Shown in pieces: positions 18,019 through 26,054 of a stretch of DNA of 49,050 nucleotides; position 1 is the first letter of the stretch; each line of letters opens with the position of its first letter. The translations under genes and the position numbers were made by a program. Origin of the DNA: an uncultured archaeon (GTDB lineage Archaea > Asgardarchaeota > Thorarchaeia > Thorarchaeales > Thorarchaeaceae); contig CAZPWM010000015.1 in NCBI GenBank assembly GCA_964590575.1, forward strand, positions 1 through 49,050, in the 5' to 3' direction. The notes under the pieces were generated by a model. It searched no databases, was not told where the DNA came from, and saw only the letters and a program-made list of their open reading frames with translations.

Positions 18019-19055
18019 TGTTTGGGCACCTCCTCTGTCGTAAGAGCCTCAGAAATGGTGAGGACATTGATGTCTACTGGGCAGGAGTCTACACATCGTC
18101 CACAACCAATACATCCTGGGCGCCCATAATCTACACCAAAGGTTTTCAACTTATGACCGTACCACAATCTCAGACGATCTGCACGTGAAGCACGGAAATT
18201 GTGGCCTCCTGCAACAAGGCTATAGTCAACAAACATGCAACTGTCCCATACTCTGTTTCGACGCCCGACAGTTTCATTTGTAACATCAAAGACATCGGTC
18301 ACATTGTAGCAATTACATGTAGGACATACCATAGAACACTGACCACATGAGAGACACTTGTCCCCAAAGTAGTCCCAGACTTCACTGTCGTGGCTGAGAT
18401 CCATTATGTCTGGCATGCTATCGAAATCGAAACTCTTCTTGAACATCTTGTTCCGTTTCTTACGCCAGTCTACATACATCTGAATATCTTCATGTGTCAC
18501 ATTCTCATCGAAGAATTCTTCTCTTTCGTGTATCATGTCATATCCTAGACTTGAGCCTACCCACACAAGATAGAACCCTTTCAAATTGACAAAGAAAAGG
18601 TCAAACCCCTCGCTTACAATATCCGTATCGGTAGAGATACAGAGGTGGTTCTCTAACGGTAGACACGAGAATCCTATGATAGCTGTGTTCTCTCTTAGAC
18701 CTGCATAGTATGGGTCAACAGGCTCTCGTAGGAACACATCATCTAGTCTGAGAAGACTGTGAATCTCACATGGGTGCACTCCTATCACCACTCTCTTCTC
18801 GATTACAGAATAGTCTGGCTCGAAACCCCTCTCGTTAAAACGCATCATAGTAAATTGCATTGGATGGAATAATTTCTTGATGGGAATCATGGGGTGTTCA
18901 TCAGTGATAACCAATTCCGAAATATTCTCAAGACGATCATAGGACAAAACATCATTCTTCCGTTTTGGCCCATATAACTTACCAAACTTGTCCAGACTCT
19001 CGAGAAAAACCTCGAGAAACTTTGATTGCATTTTCAATATGCGCATAGAGTACAC
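18015..19055 (-). CDS. hydB: Sulfhydrogenase beta subunit (4Fe-4S)
   Basis: CLSCGQCSMVCPTCNC, RVWDSC and GCIGCGRCVDSCP; start may be ATG 19046. Confidence 0.92.
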   Translation of the reverse strand: MYSMRILKMQSKFLEVFLESLDKFGKLYGPKRKNDVLSYDRLENISELVITDEHPMIPIKKLFHPMQFTMMRFNERGFEPDYSVIEKRVVIGVHPCEIHSLLRLDDVFLREPVDPYYAGLRENTAIIGFSCLPLENHLCISTDTDIVSEGFDLFFVNLKGFYLVWVGSSLGYDMIHEREEFFDENVTHEDIQMYVDWRKKRNKMFKKSFDFDSMPDIMDLSHDSEVWDYFGDKCLSCGQCSMVCPTCNCYNVTDVFDVTNETVGRRNRVWDSCMFVDYSLVAGGHNFRASRADRLRLWYGHKLKTFGVDYGRPGCIGCGRCVDSCPVDINVLTISEALTTEEVPKQ

Positions 19056-19311
19056 CCTGTCTTTTGAGGTCCTTTTGAAACGTGCTTTGCCCCCGTAATC
19101 TTAGATATGACTGTTTCCATAGGTGAATAAGATTTTTACTACATTATATGTTTGATTAATATTTGTTTTAGACATAAACGAAAGGAATGTTGTCCATTTT
19201 TAGAAATTTACAAATATTGACCATGTAAACATACTCAAAATTTGGCTACTGGATGATTAGAGAGGAAGTTTTCCCGTTATTTCCTACACCATGGACTTTA
19301 TATTATGAATG

Positions 19312-19328
19312 ACGTAATAGTATTACGT
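19312..19328. promoter_or_regulatory. Palindromic operator ACGTAATA-G-TATTACGT
   Basis: Perfect 8-bp inverted repeat about 60 nt upstream of the RHH gene. Confidence 0.65.
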
Positions 19329-19387
19329 GAAAAAGAAATATAAGCATCAATGTGATATGATAATATGAAAAGTCCGAGGTACGAGAG

Positions 19388-19720
19388 ATGTCTGAGAAAA
19401 TGAAATCCACCAAAGCAGAAGGTGCACAACTAAGCTTGCGAGAACAGCTTCTTGGCCGTCTGTCTGAAGACGATAGTGTTTCCAAGAAGCGTGAAGTATC
19501 TGTAATGACAAGAATGAGCGGCGATATTGTCGAAATATTGGATGCACTAGTAGAACTTGAGATTTTTAAAAGCCGGTCTGAAGCAGTTTCAGCATTTGTT
19601 GAGCAAGCAATAAACACAAGAATTAAGCTCTTTGAAGAGATAAAGACCCAAGCGAACGATATCCAGAAGTTACGGGATTCGGCTAAGAAACATGCCTATG
19701 AAGCATTTCAGGAAGAATGA
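19388..19720 (+). CDS. Ribbon-helix-helix transcriptional regulator (paralog 1)
   Basis: VSVMTRMSGDIVEILDALVELEIFKSRSEAVSAFVEQAI matches the CopG/MetJ-type beta-alpha-alpha pattern, followed by a coiled coil. Confidence 0.8.
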   Translation: MSEKMKSTKAEGAQLSLREQLLGRLSEDDSVSKKREVSVMTRMSGDIVEILDALVELEIFKSRSEAVSAFVEQAINTRIKLFEEIKTQANDIQKLRDSAKKHAYEAFQEE

Positions 19721-19778
19721 AATTAAAGTTCTCCTTCTTTCGTTGTTTTTTGGGGTGGGTCTACGCAGTAGGCCATGA

Positions 19779-19810
19779 ATCAAGCTATCTTAATATCAAG
19801 CTATCTTAAT
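19779..19810. repeat. Perfect 16-bp tandem duplication
   Basis: ATCAAGCTATCTTAAT x2. Confidence 0.9.
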
Positions 19811-20177
19811 CCACTAGATGAATCATTCCCCACAAAGGGTTGTGGTCGGTTGTACGTTCTGCATACTTGAAGTCAATCATTCTGACCGCATCTTTGTAGT
19901 CGATGCTTCTCACAGTACCAGGGTCAAGCCGGAAGTCAATACGTACAACTGCATCTCTGCAATCAATGGTTCTCATCTCATTAGGATCGAGACGCCAGGC
20001 TAGAGTTGCACTAGTCTGTGCTACGTTCTCCTCATTGAAGTAACCATCTGAAGTTACAATCATTGTGTTGTTCATACTCATCCAAGCCACTGCAATCATC
20101 GAACCAAAAGCCGCCAGTGATAGGACGAGCAAGACTCCTATAGCAAATACAACCCGATGGGCTCTTTTATCAAACAT
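19806..20177 (-). CDS. Membrane-anchored or secreted protein with short RxID repeats
   Basis: N-terminal TM, GGAGGAG SD; repeats RLDPNEMRTIDCRDAVVRIDF and RLDPGTVRSIDYKDAVRMIDF. Confidence 0.75.
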   Translation of the reverse strand: MFDKRAHRVVFAIGVLLVLSLAAFGSMIAVAWMSMNNTMIVTSDGYFNEENVAQTSATLAWRLDPNEMRTIDCRDAVVRIDFRLDPGTVRSIDYKDAVRMIDFKYAERTTDHNPLWGMIHLVD

Positions 20178-20268
20178 TTTCTATCTCCTCCGTATCAGTG
20201 TGGGGATTCAGGGGTCAACAGTTGTTAGTTTGAAGGCATCATTGAATCCCTGAACCCTTTAAACACTT

Positions 20269-20359
20269 GAAATAGTATTACATATTACAATTAATAAATA
20301 TTATGCTTACATAATGATATACCGAAAGATATATTACGTAATGAAATTACATATATTAC
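20269..20359. promoter_or_regulatory. Cluster of GTAAT-N3-ATTAC-like sites and TATTAC half-sites
   Basis: GAAAT-AGT-ATTAC (20269-20281), GTAAT-GAA-ATTAC (20338-20350), half-sites at 20283, 20332 and 20354. Confidence 0.55.
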
Positions 20360-20447
20360 GAAGTCCCCCGAACATGAAGATTGGATTAGTTCTCCTTCTT
20401 TCTGTTCTCAACGGGGTGGTCGGGGGATTTCGTCATTCTTTTTCCTT
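20358..20447 (+). ncRNA. Candidate small RNA (14-bp terminal stem, CU-rich loop, U-rich tail)
   Basis: ACGAAGTCCCCCGA/TCGGGGGATTTCGT stem; ATATATTA about 25 nt upstream; TTCTTTTTCCTT downstream. Confidence 0.45.
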
Positions 20448-20694
20448 CGACTAATCGTTCTGCGTTTTTCAGCTAATTCGCTGAAATATTGATTGATGCA
20501 CTTGATATCTACGACTCTCCTAGAGTGAGGTTACTACAAAAACAGGTGCTAGAGAAAATCAGACAGATAAACATCAAAACTCAGCCACAGGTATAAATTC
20601 GACATCTTCTTCATTGTCACTACACCTGGTACAGTCATTCATTGTTCATACCACTTATATGATTCAATCTTTTATGTTAATCAGGGAATATGTA

Positions 20695-21213
20695 GTGCCA
20701 TTCACACCTTATCATTTCGGTCCCGCTTTGCTAATAGGAATCCTTCTATTTCCCTACATTGATTTTGCTACTGTAGTAGTAGCTAGTGTAATATTGGATC
20801 TTGAACCCCTAGTAGTGATAATCTTTGGTCTGCCAATGCCGCTACACTCGTTCTTCCATACCTATCTAGGAGCAACAATTGTTGCTATCGTTCTTTCACT
20901 GGGTATCTATCCATTCAGGAAGTATCTGAACAAGTTTGTATCGTTCTTTGGTCTTACACAAGAGTCATCGTTTCGACATATCATTTCTGCCAGTATTATT
21001 GGCACTTACTTCCATGTCCTGTTGGACTCATTCCTCTACGCAGAGATGAATCCCTTCTTCCCACTTCTTGGAAACCCATTTTTAGGTATTCTAGCTGAAG
21101 GATTTGTGTACACACTTTGTCTTGTTTTTGCATTCGTGGGATTCATTGCATACATGCTGCGAGTCTTCCTAAACCTTAGAGTTGGTAAAACAGATGGTGA
21201 CGCATTCGAATAG
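20695..21213 (+). CDS. Membrane-bound putative metal-dependent hydrolase (DUF4184/YdjM-like)
   Basis: PFTPYH, LDLEP, HSFFHT and HVLLD motifs; GTG 20695 likely start. Confidence 0.8.
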   Translation: MPFTPYHFGPALLIGILLFPYIDFATVVVASVILDLEPLVVIIFGLPMPLHSFFHTYLGATIVAIVLSLGIYPFRKYLNKFVSFFGLTQESSFRHIISASIIGTYFHVLLDSFLYAEMNPFFPLLGNPFLGILAEGFVYTLCLVFAFVGFIAYMLRVFLNLRVGKTDGDAFE

Positions 21214-21214
21214 T

Positions 21215-21652
21215 CTAAGGGAATGGACTCCTTGGTGAACTCTCTCCTCTTCCATGTTCTTGAGGAGGTTCCCAACCTTCTGTCATTCGAAGATATTCTG
21301 TCCACTCAGCTGCATCATGTAGCTCCATCACCGTAGCCATATGGTTTCCTTGGTCGTCGCGAATCGCATAGATATATTCATAGAATTGTTTCCCAATGAA
21401 GTGGACCCATCCTTCATATTTCTCTAATTCTCCACTCTTCAATTCACCAATCATCTTGAGGACGCCTGACTCAGCCCGCTCAGGATGACATCGTAGGATA
21501 GACGAATTGATTCTACTCTCATCTTGCTGGAGTTGTTCAGCAACTTTTCGATTGAATACTACAATCTTGTCATCTCGGTTTAACACACAAATTCCTACCC
21601 TTAGGTCTTCCACTAATCGTCTCATTAAATCGAAATCGAGGGTCATAATCAC
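21215..21652 (-). CDS. Stand-alone PAS-domain protein
   Basis: GICVLNRDDKIVVFN, SILRCHPE and AIRDDQGNHMATVMELHD. Confidence 0.8.
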   Translation of the reverse strand: MIMTLDFDLMRRLVEDLRVGICVLNRDDKIVVFNRKVAEQLQQDESRINSSILRCHPERAESGVLKMIGELKSGELEKYEGWVHFIGKQFYEYIYAIRDDQGNHMATVMELHDAAEWTEYLRMTEGWEPPQEHGRGESSPRSPFP

Positions 21653-21752
21653 TTGAAGCTACAAACGAAGTGAAAATCTTTCCTCTATGGACTGTCTCGT
21701 CAGATATTTCCTCTTTCCGTTAGTTGATTAATATAGACGTAAAATATAATCT

Positions 21753-22283
21753 ATGGAACTCATAACGCTCGGATCTGGTTGCTTCTGGTGTACAGAGGCA
21801 GTTTTTCAACAATTGAAAGGTGTAGAAACTGTAGTATCAGGCTACTCAGGTGGACAAGTTAAGAATCCATCCTATGAGCAGGTAACCACAGGCAGGACAG
21901 GGCACGCAGAAGTCTGTCAGATCCAATTCGACCCAGAACAGATCTCCTTTGAAGATATTCTCGAGGTCTTCTTTAATACTCATGATCCAACTACTTTGAA
22001 TCGTCAAGGCAATGATGTCGGAACGCAATATCGATCAGTGATTTTCTATCATACTGAAGAGCAGAGAGTGGCTGCTGAAGGAATCAAGGCTGAACTTGAT
22101 GAGAGTCGAACATGGAAGAATCCAATTGTGACCGAAATAGTCCCATTCGAAAAATTCTACCCCGCAGAGGACTATCATCAGAACTACTTTCGAAACAATC
22201 GAAATCAGGGGTACTGTCGTATGGTGATTGCTCCAAAATTAGATAAGTTCGAGAAGGTCTTTAAACTTAAGATTGGGAAGTAG
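21753..22283 (+). CDS. msrA: Peptide methionine sulfoxide reductase A
   Basis: GCFWC, GYSGG, GHAE, HDPT, RQGNDVGTQYRS and AEDYHQNY. Confidence 0.97.
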   Translation: MELITLGSGCFWCTEAVFQQLKGVETVVSGYSGGQVKNPSYEQVTTGRTGHAEVCQIQFDPEQISFEDILEVFFNTHDPTTLNRQGNDVGTQYRSVIFYHTEEQRVAAEGIKAELDESRTWKNPIVTEIVPFEKFYPAEDYHQNYFRNNRNQGYCRMVIAPKLDKFEKVFKLKIGK

Positions 22284-22361
22284 CTTGTCTAGAAACTGAT
22301 TTCTGGATGTTATCCTCTTAGAATGAATACACAAATTAAGAACTATTCAGGTTGTAATGCA

Positions 22362-23189
22362 ATGACTGATGATGATGAGTCCCCAGAAATATACGCCTTC
22401 TGCACAGAATGTCAGCAGAATGTCCTTCTAGAGGTCACAGAGGCTGATATTGAGAAGGCAAAGACTGGTCTCGTTTCAGTTCTTTCAATACATGGAGATC
22501 CTCAGCACGCAATCCTAGTCTATCTAGATATGAATCTCAAGGCAAGGGGTATTGAATACCCTTCACTCCTGCAGGTCAAGGAAAGCAGGTCCGTAATAGA
22601 CGATAAATCTACTGTGGTCGAAGATGATGTCTTTGATCTGGGCTCTATAATAAGTGCATTCGGTGAAAATCAAAATCATGCAATCAAATCATTTGCCCAC
22701 ATTTCTGCACAACTCATTGCTGGTAACACCTTGTATCTGATTCATAATAACACAAGCATCGGGAAAGTGGTGAAAGACCAGGTCGACTCACTATTTAGAG
22801 ACCAAAAGGTCGCCTCCTTTGTGATTAGTTATGATGACCTCGATTTGGTCAGCGGAATGAGACCTACTATTTTCGATCTCCAATATGGGACGTTCATATC
22901 TGAGGGCATTGCTTTAGACACTGAACATTTCGAGCAACTAATTCGCAATGCAGTCGATAGTCCAAATGGCTTCAGTATATTGAAGAATGACTATCGGAAG
23001 CTGAAGTATTCATATCGACGTTTATGGGAATTATTGTCCGCTGGCGCAAGAACATACACACCCAAACGGCTAGCATATCTTGTTTCAATTGATCTAGAAT
23101 TGATTCCACTATTGCTTAGAATGGCGGAGAATGATGGAGTCGATGTAGCATCACGTGTTAAACAGTCTCATGATGAGAAAAAGAAATGA
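22362..23189 (+). CDS. Hypothetical protein with N-terminal CxxC...HxxxxH metal-binding domain
   Basis: CTEC...IHGDPQHAILVYLD..ARG; ATG 22362 likely start. Confidence 0.7.
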   Translation: MTDDDESPEIYAFCTECQQNVLLEVTEADIEKAKTGLVSVLSIHGDPQHAILVYLDMNLKARGIEYPSLLQVKESRSVIDDKSTVVEDDVFDLGSIISAFGENQNHAIKSFAHISAQLIAGNTLYLIHNNTSIGKVVKDQVDSLFRDQKVASFVISYDDLDLVSGMRPTIFDLQYGTFISEGIALDTEHFEQLIRNAVDSPNGFSILKNDYRKLKYSYRRLWELLSAGARTYTPKRLAYLVSIDLELIPLLLRMAENDGVDVASRVKQSHDEKKK

Positions 23190-23226
23190 AAGATAGAATC
23201 TGCAAGTGACATTTTCGAACAATCTT

Positions 23227-23514
23227 TCAGTTCATTATCTCTTCTTTTAGTTCATTCATCACAGGGAACTCCACGCCATGATAATGGAATTGAAAGTGAG
23301 GTCTCTCTCTATCCGGTAGCCCACAACCAAGTAACATGAGCATAGTCAACGAAATGAAGATGGTGATAGAGGGCAGATCTTTCAATGAGATTGCTGTAGA
23401 GAATGTGAGGGGCCACAAGAATATCCCCGCCACCATCGCAAGGGCTACTATGAAAGTGATGATAAAACCCAACCCCCGCTCCGTGTTTACTGCATCTCGG
23501 CCCATGGGAATCAC
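23227..23514 (-). CDS. Small 2-TM hypothetical protein
   Basis: Two hydrophobic segments; fills the gap between genes. Confidence 0.55.
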   Translation of the reverse strand: MIPMGRDAVNTERGLGFIITFIVALAMVAGIFLWPLTFSTAISLKDLPSITIFISLTMLMLLGCGLPDRERPHFQFHYHGVEFPVMNELKEEIMN

Positions 23515-23593
23515 CAGTATAGCTACTTCACCTTAACCCGAATATAGACTTCGGTCTACGCTGGTGAGGGGTTTTGTAGGAAAAGAAGGAGTG

Positions 23594-23638
23594 AAAAAAC
23601 GGATGGTGGGGCAGCATTAAGCCGCCCTCCCGTTTTTT
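23594..23638. terminator. Hairpin terminator downstream of the histone gene
   Basis: AAAAAACGG...CCGTTTTTT flanking a GC-rich stem. Confidence 0.7.
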
Positions 23639-23650
23639 ATACTAGTTAAC

Positions 23651-23851
23651 CTAAAAGTCGTAGGCTTTCAAGGTCTTCCTGCCGTTGTGTTTACAGCGTT
23701 CAGCTGCGGAAGTTAAAGCGGCATTGACAGCGGCATTGACTGCATCATATGCATCGCTTCCGATCATCATTCCCTTGTCACGCGCGAAGTCTTGGATTGC
23801 CTTCTTCACGTAAAAGGTGTACGTTGGAGCTTTTGCTTTTTTCTTAGACAT
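23651..23851 (-). CDS. Histone-fold protein with truncated alpha3 and Lys-rich N-terminus
   Basis: alpha1 KKAIQDFARDKG, long alpha2 DAYDAVNAAVNAALTSAAERC, terminal RKTLKAYD (RxTxxxxD); GAGG SD. Confidence 0.85.
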   Translation of the reverse strand: MSKKKAKAPTYTFYVKKAIQDFARDKGMMIGSDAYDAVNAAVNAALTSAAERCKHNGRKTLKAYDF

Positions 23852-24077
23852 TATTTTTGACCTCTGTGATTCCTATCGTCAAACAGAGAAACTTACAGTA
23901 TTCTCCCCCTGACAGAAGGTGCAAAATGATTAGTTGACTAGTTAATAAGGATATGTCGTAGAAAGGCCTTCTGGATGAGCTAGAAGCCATTGAATTAGTC
24001 AAGGTATATTTTTGATATTTCTATCGCAATAACGTTAGTCATAATGTATTTTACTACATCCGATATATTTATATTAT

Positions 24078-24097
24078 AACTGTACATTAATACAGTT
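24078..24097. promoter_or_regulatory. Inverted-repeat operator AACTGTA-N6-TACAGTT
   Basis: Lies between TATA-like TTTATATT (24068-24075) and ATG 24108. Confidence 0.6.
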
Positions 24098-24107
24098 GTG
24101 AAAGATA

Positions 24108-25091
24108 ATGAGCGAAGACATTGACGATATTCGCAGAGAACTTGAAGAGGTTCGCAAACTAAAGGAAGAGCTGAAGAAAGAAGTAGAAGACGTGAAGGCT
24201 CGGAAACGAGAGGAGATAATCAGAGAAAACCGCCCACATCTTCATAGAGAAGAGGTGCATCGACACAGAGAGGAAGCTGAACGAGTCAGAGCATCCATAC
24301 CCCCTCGACCTCCCAGAGCACCACGTGCACCACGAGTAGCAAGAATTGATTTGGACCTCGAAGGACTCACAGATTCACTGGAGACCATGATGGATGGACT
24401 TGGTGATCAGATTGAGATGAGTCTAAAGAGCGTTGAAGGTCTAAAGGTTCCAGGTATTCGGTTCAGTAAGGGTCGTCGGATGACCAAGCGAAAAAGTGAG
24501 CAGCGTAGAGAGATTGAGTCGATACCTCCCGAGCGTGTGGCTAAGATAGTCGCGCCTCTCGGAAGTGAAGAACGATTGAGAATACTCGATTACCTCAAGA
24601 CTGGTGGTAGGAGCTTCAATGACATTGAAAACTATACTGGTAAGACTGGTAGCTCACTGACTCATCACCTCAATCCGTTGATTGAAGCTAGCTATGTAGT
24701 CAAAGGCGAAGTACGAGGAACCTACTATGTCACAGTGGAAGGGCGGCTAGCCTACCGACTTGCTAAGTGGTTGACTCACAGAGTTGAGCAACAGAGGGAA
24801 CGGAAGGGAAACAATGGCGATGTAGATATTGATTTTGATGACGATGCAGCTGACACTGATCTAGAAACAGTAGATCTTGCGAAAGCTGAGAAACACCTCG
24901 AAACATTGGCTGAAGAGCTTGAAGAAGCTGCTGACGAAGTTGAGAAGCATCAGGACGAACTTGAAGAAGCTCGAGATGCGCTTGAAGAGGCTCGCGAAGC
25001 AGAGCTCGAAAGACTTCAGGAAGCTCAAGAAGCACTTGACGAGGAAGAGGATGACGAGGAAGACCTCGACGAACTTGATTGGGAAGATTAG
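24108..25091 (+). CDS. ArsR-like wHTH regulator with N-terminal coiled coil and long acidic C-terminus
   Basis: LGSEERLRILDYL..RSFNDI..GSSLTHHLNPL..YV..RGTYYVTVEG; E/D-rich tail. Confidence 0.85.
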   Translation: MSEDIDDIRRELEEVRKLKEELKKEVEDVKARKREEIIRENRPHLHREEVHRHREEAERVRASIPPRPPRAPRAPRVARIDLDLEGLTDSLETMMDGLGDQIEMSLKSVEGLKVPGIRFSKGRRMTKRKSEQRREIESIPPERVAKIVAPLGSEERLRILDYLKTGGRSFNDIENYTGKTGSSLTHHLNPLIEASYVVKGEVRGTYYVTVEGRLAYRLAKWLTHRVEQQRERKGNNGDVDIDFDDDAADTDLETVDLAKAEKHLETLAEELEEAADEVEKHQDELEEARDALEEAREAELERLQEAQEALDEEEDDEEDLDELDWED

Positions 25092-25105
25092 GGAGGAAAA
25101 GTAAG

Positions 25106-25876
25106 ATGGAAAGAATAACACCTGACAATAATGTAATGGTAACAACGCAAGAGATCGACATCATTTCACACGAGAAAGCTTACGTACGAATGAGTGAGGG
25201 CTGTATATGGGTCTATCTACTTCAGGATGGAGTTCGCGTCGGTGTCGCTTTTGCTGGTCCTTCACGGTTTGCTGTTGATGCAATCGCGGAAACTGATATG
25301 GGCGCCATGGGCGAGTCGATAACCGGAGACCTTTCTGGCGTGCAGTTGTTCATTGGACCCTCCTCTTTGGAGAACATATCTAGGAGTGCTGAGAGCTCAG
25401 ACACTAAGAAGCAAGGGTTTCAAGACTCTGAGGCTTTCACCAAGGAGATTGAATCAACAATCCACGAACATTTGAATGGCGAGAACAAGAAGACGAAGAT
25501 CGACAGTAAGAAGGATTCCAAGATATTCTTTGGAACAGACTCGAATAAGAAGAAGCTCCTCCTCGTCTTGAACGAAGAGAAAGGACTTGTCTTCACTTAC
25601 GGAAAATCCGTCTTTGTTCTGGATGATGACAACCTTGTGTCAGTCAGCAAGTCTGGAGTAGTGGTTTCAAGCAAAGAAGGTAAACAGATCATAGTTGGAA
25701 AGGGTGGAGTGTCTGGACTTGACAACTTTCTAGATATTGGTCCGATAATCACGGAGTCTGTGACTAGTGCGATGAAGAGTCTGAAAGGACTCAAGTCATT
25801 GAAATCCATGAAGCATTCGATGAAAGGATTCCCATACGCTTGGGACAACGTTGATGACTTCGATTGGGAGGACTGA
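25106..25876 (+). CDS. Hypothetical beta-rich protein ending in DWED
   Basis: ATG 25106 with GGAGG SD; co-oriented directly after the regulator. Confidence 0.75.
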   Translation: MERITPDNNVMVTTQEIDIISHEKAYVRMSEGCIWVYLLQDGVRVGVAFAGPSRFAVDAIAETDMGAMGESITGDLSGVQLFIGPSSLENISRSAESSDTKKQGFQDSEAFTKEIESTIHEHLNGENKKTKIDSKKDSKIFFGTDSNKKKLLLVLNEEKGLVFTYGKSVFVLDDDNLVSVSKSGVVVSSKEGKQIIVGKGGVSGLDNFLDIGPIITESVTSAMKSLKGLKSLKSMKHSMKGFPYAWDNVDDFDWED

Positions 25877-25882
25877 TGGAGA

Positions 25883-25999
25883 ATGGATGAAAGCATGACC
25901 AACCTCCCAAAGCTAGATTCAAAGATAGTCCACTACCTGTGGCATCTTTCATCCGAAAGTGCTCTCCGTAATCAGAGTGACGTTAGTCTTGATGACTAA
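25883..25999 (+). CDS. Possible 38-aa small protein
   Basis: MDESMTNLPKLDSKIVHYLWHLSSESALRNQSDVSLDD*; follows the operon closely; no recognisable motif. Confidence 0.3.
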   Translation: MDESMTNLPKLDSKIVHYLWHLSSESALRNQSDVSLDD

Positions 26000-26054
26000 T
26001 TCACAAATATAGCAGAACGCATGTTTCGGGCCCCTTTGTTTCTCGGGGCCTCCT

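Noticed and set aside
20214-20247. SECIS-like AUGA...AAA...GA on the minus strand
   Set aside because: No complementary helix II and no adjacent TGA-containing gene
20450-20650. Short minus-strand frames in the spacer (e.g. MNDCTRCSD...)
   Set aside because: Short, with no SD or recognisable family; cannot be supported
19135-24059. Shared 11-mer TTTTACTACAT upstream of hydB and in the histone/regulator spacer
   Set aside because: AT-rich, non-palindromic and only two copies; plausible by chance
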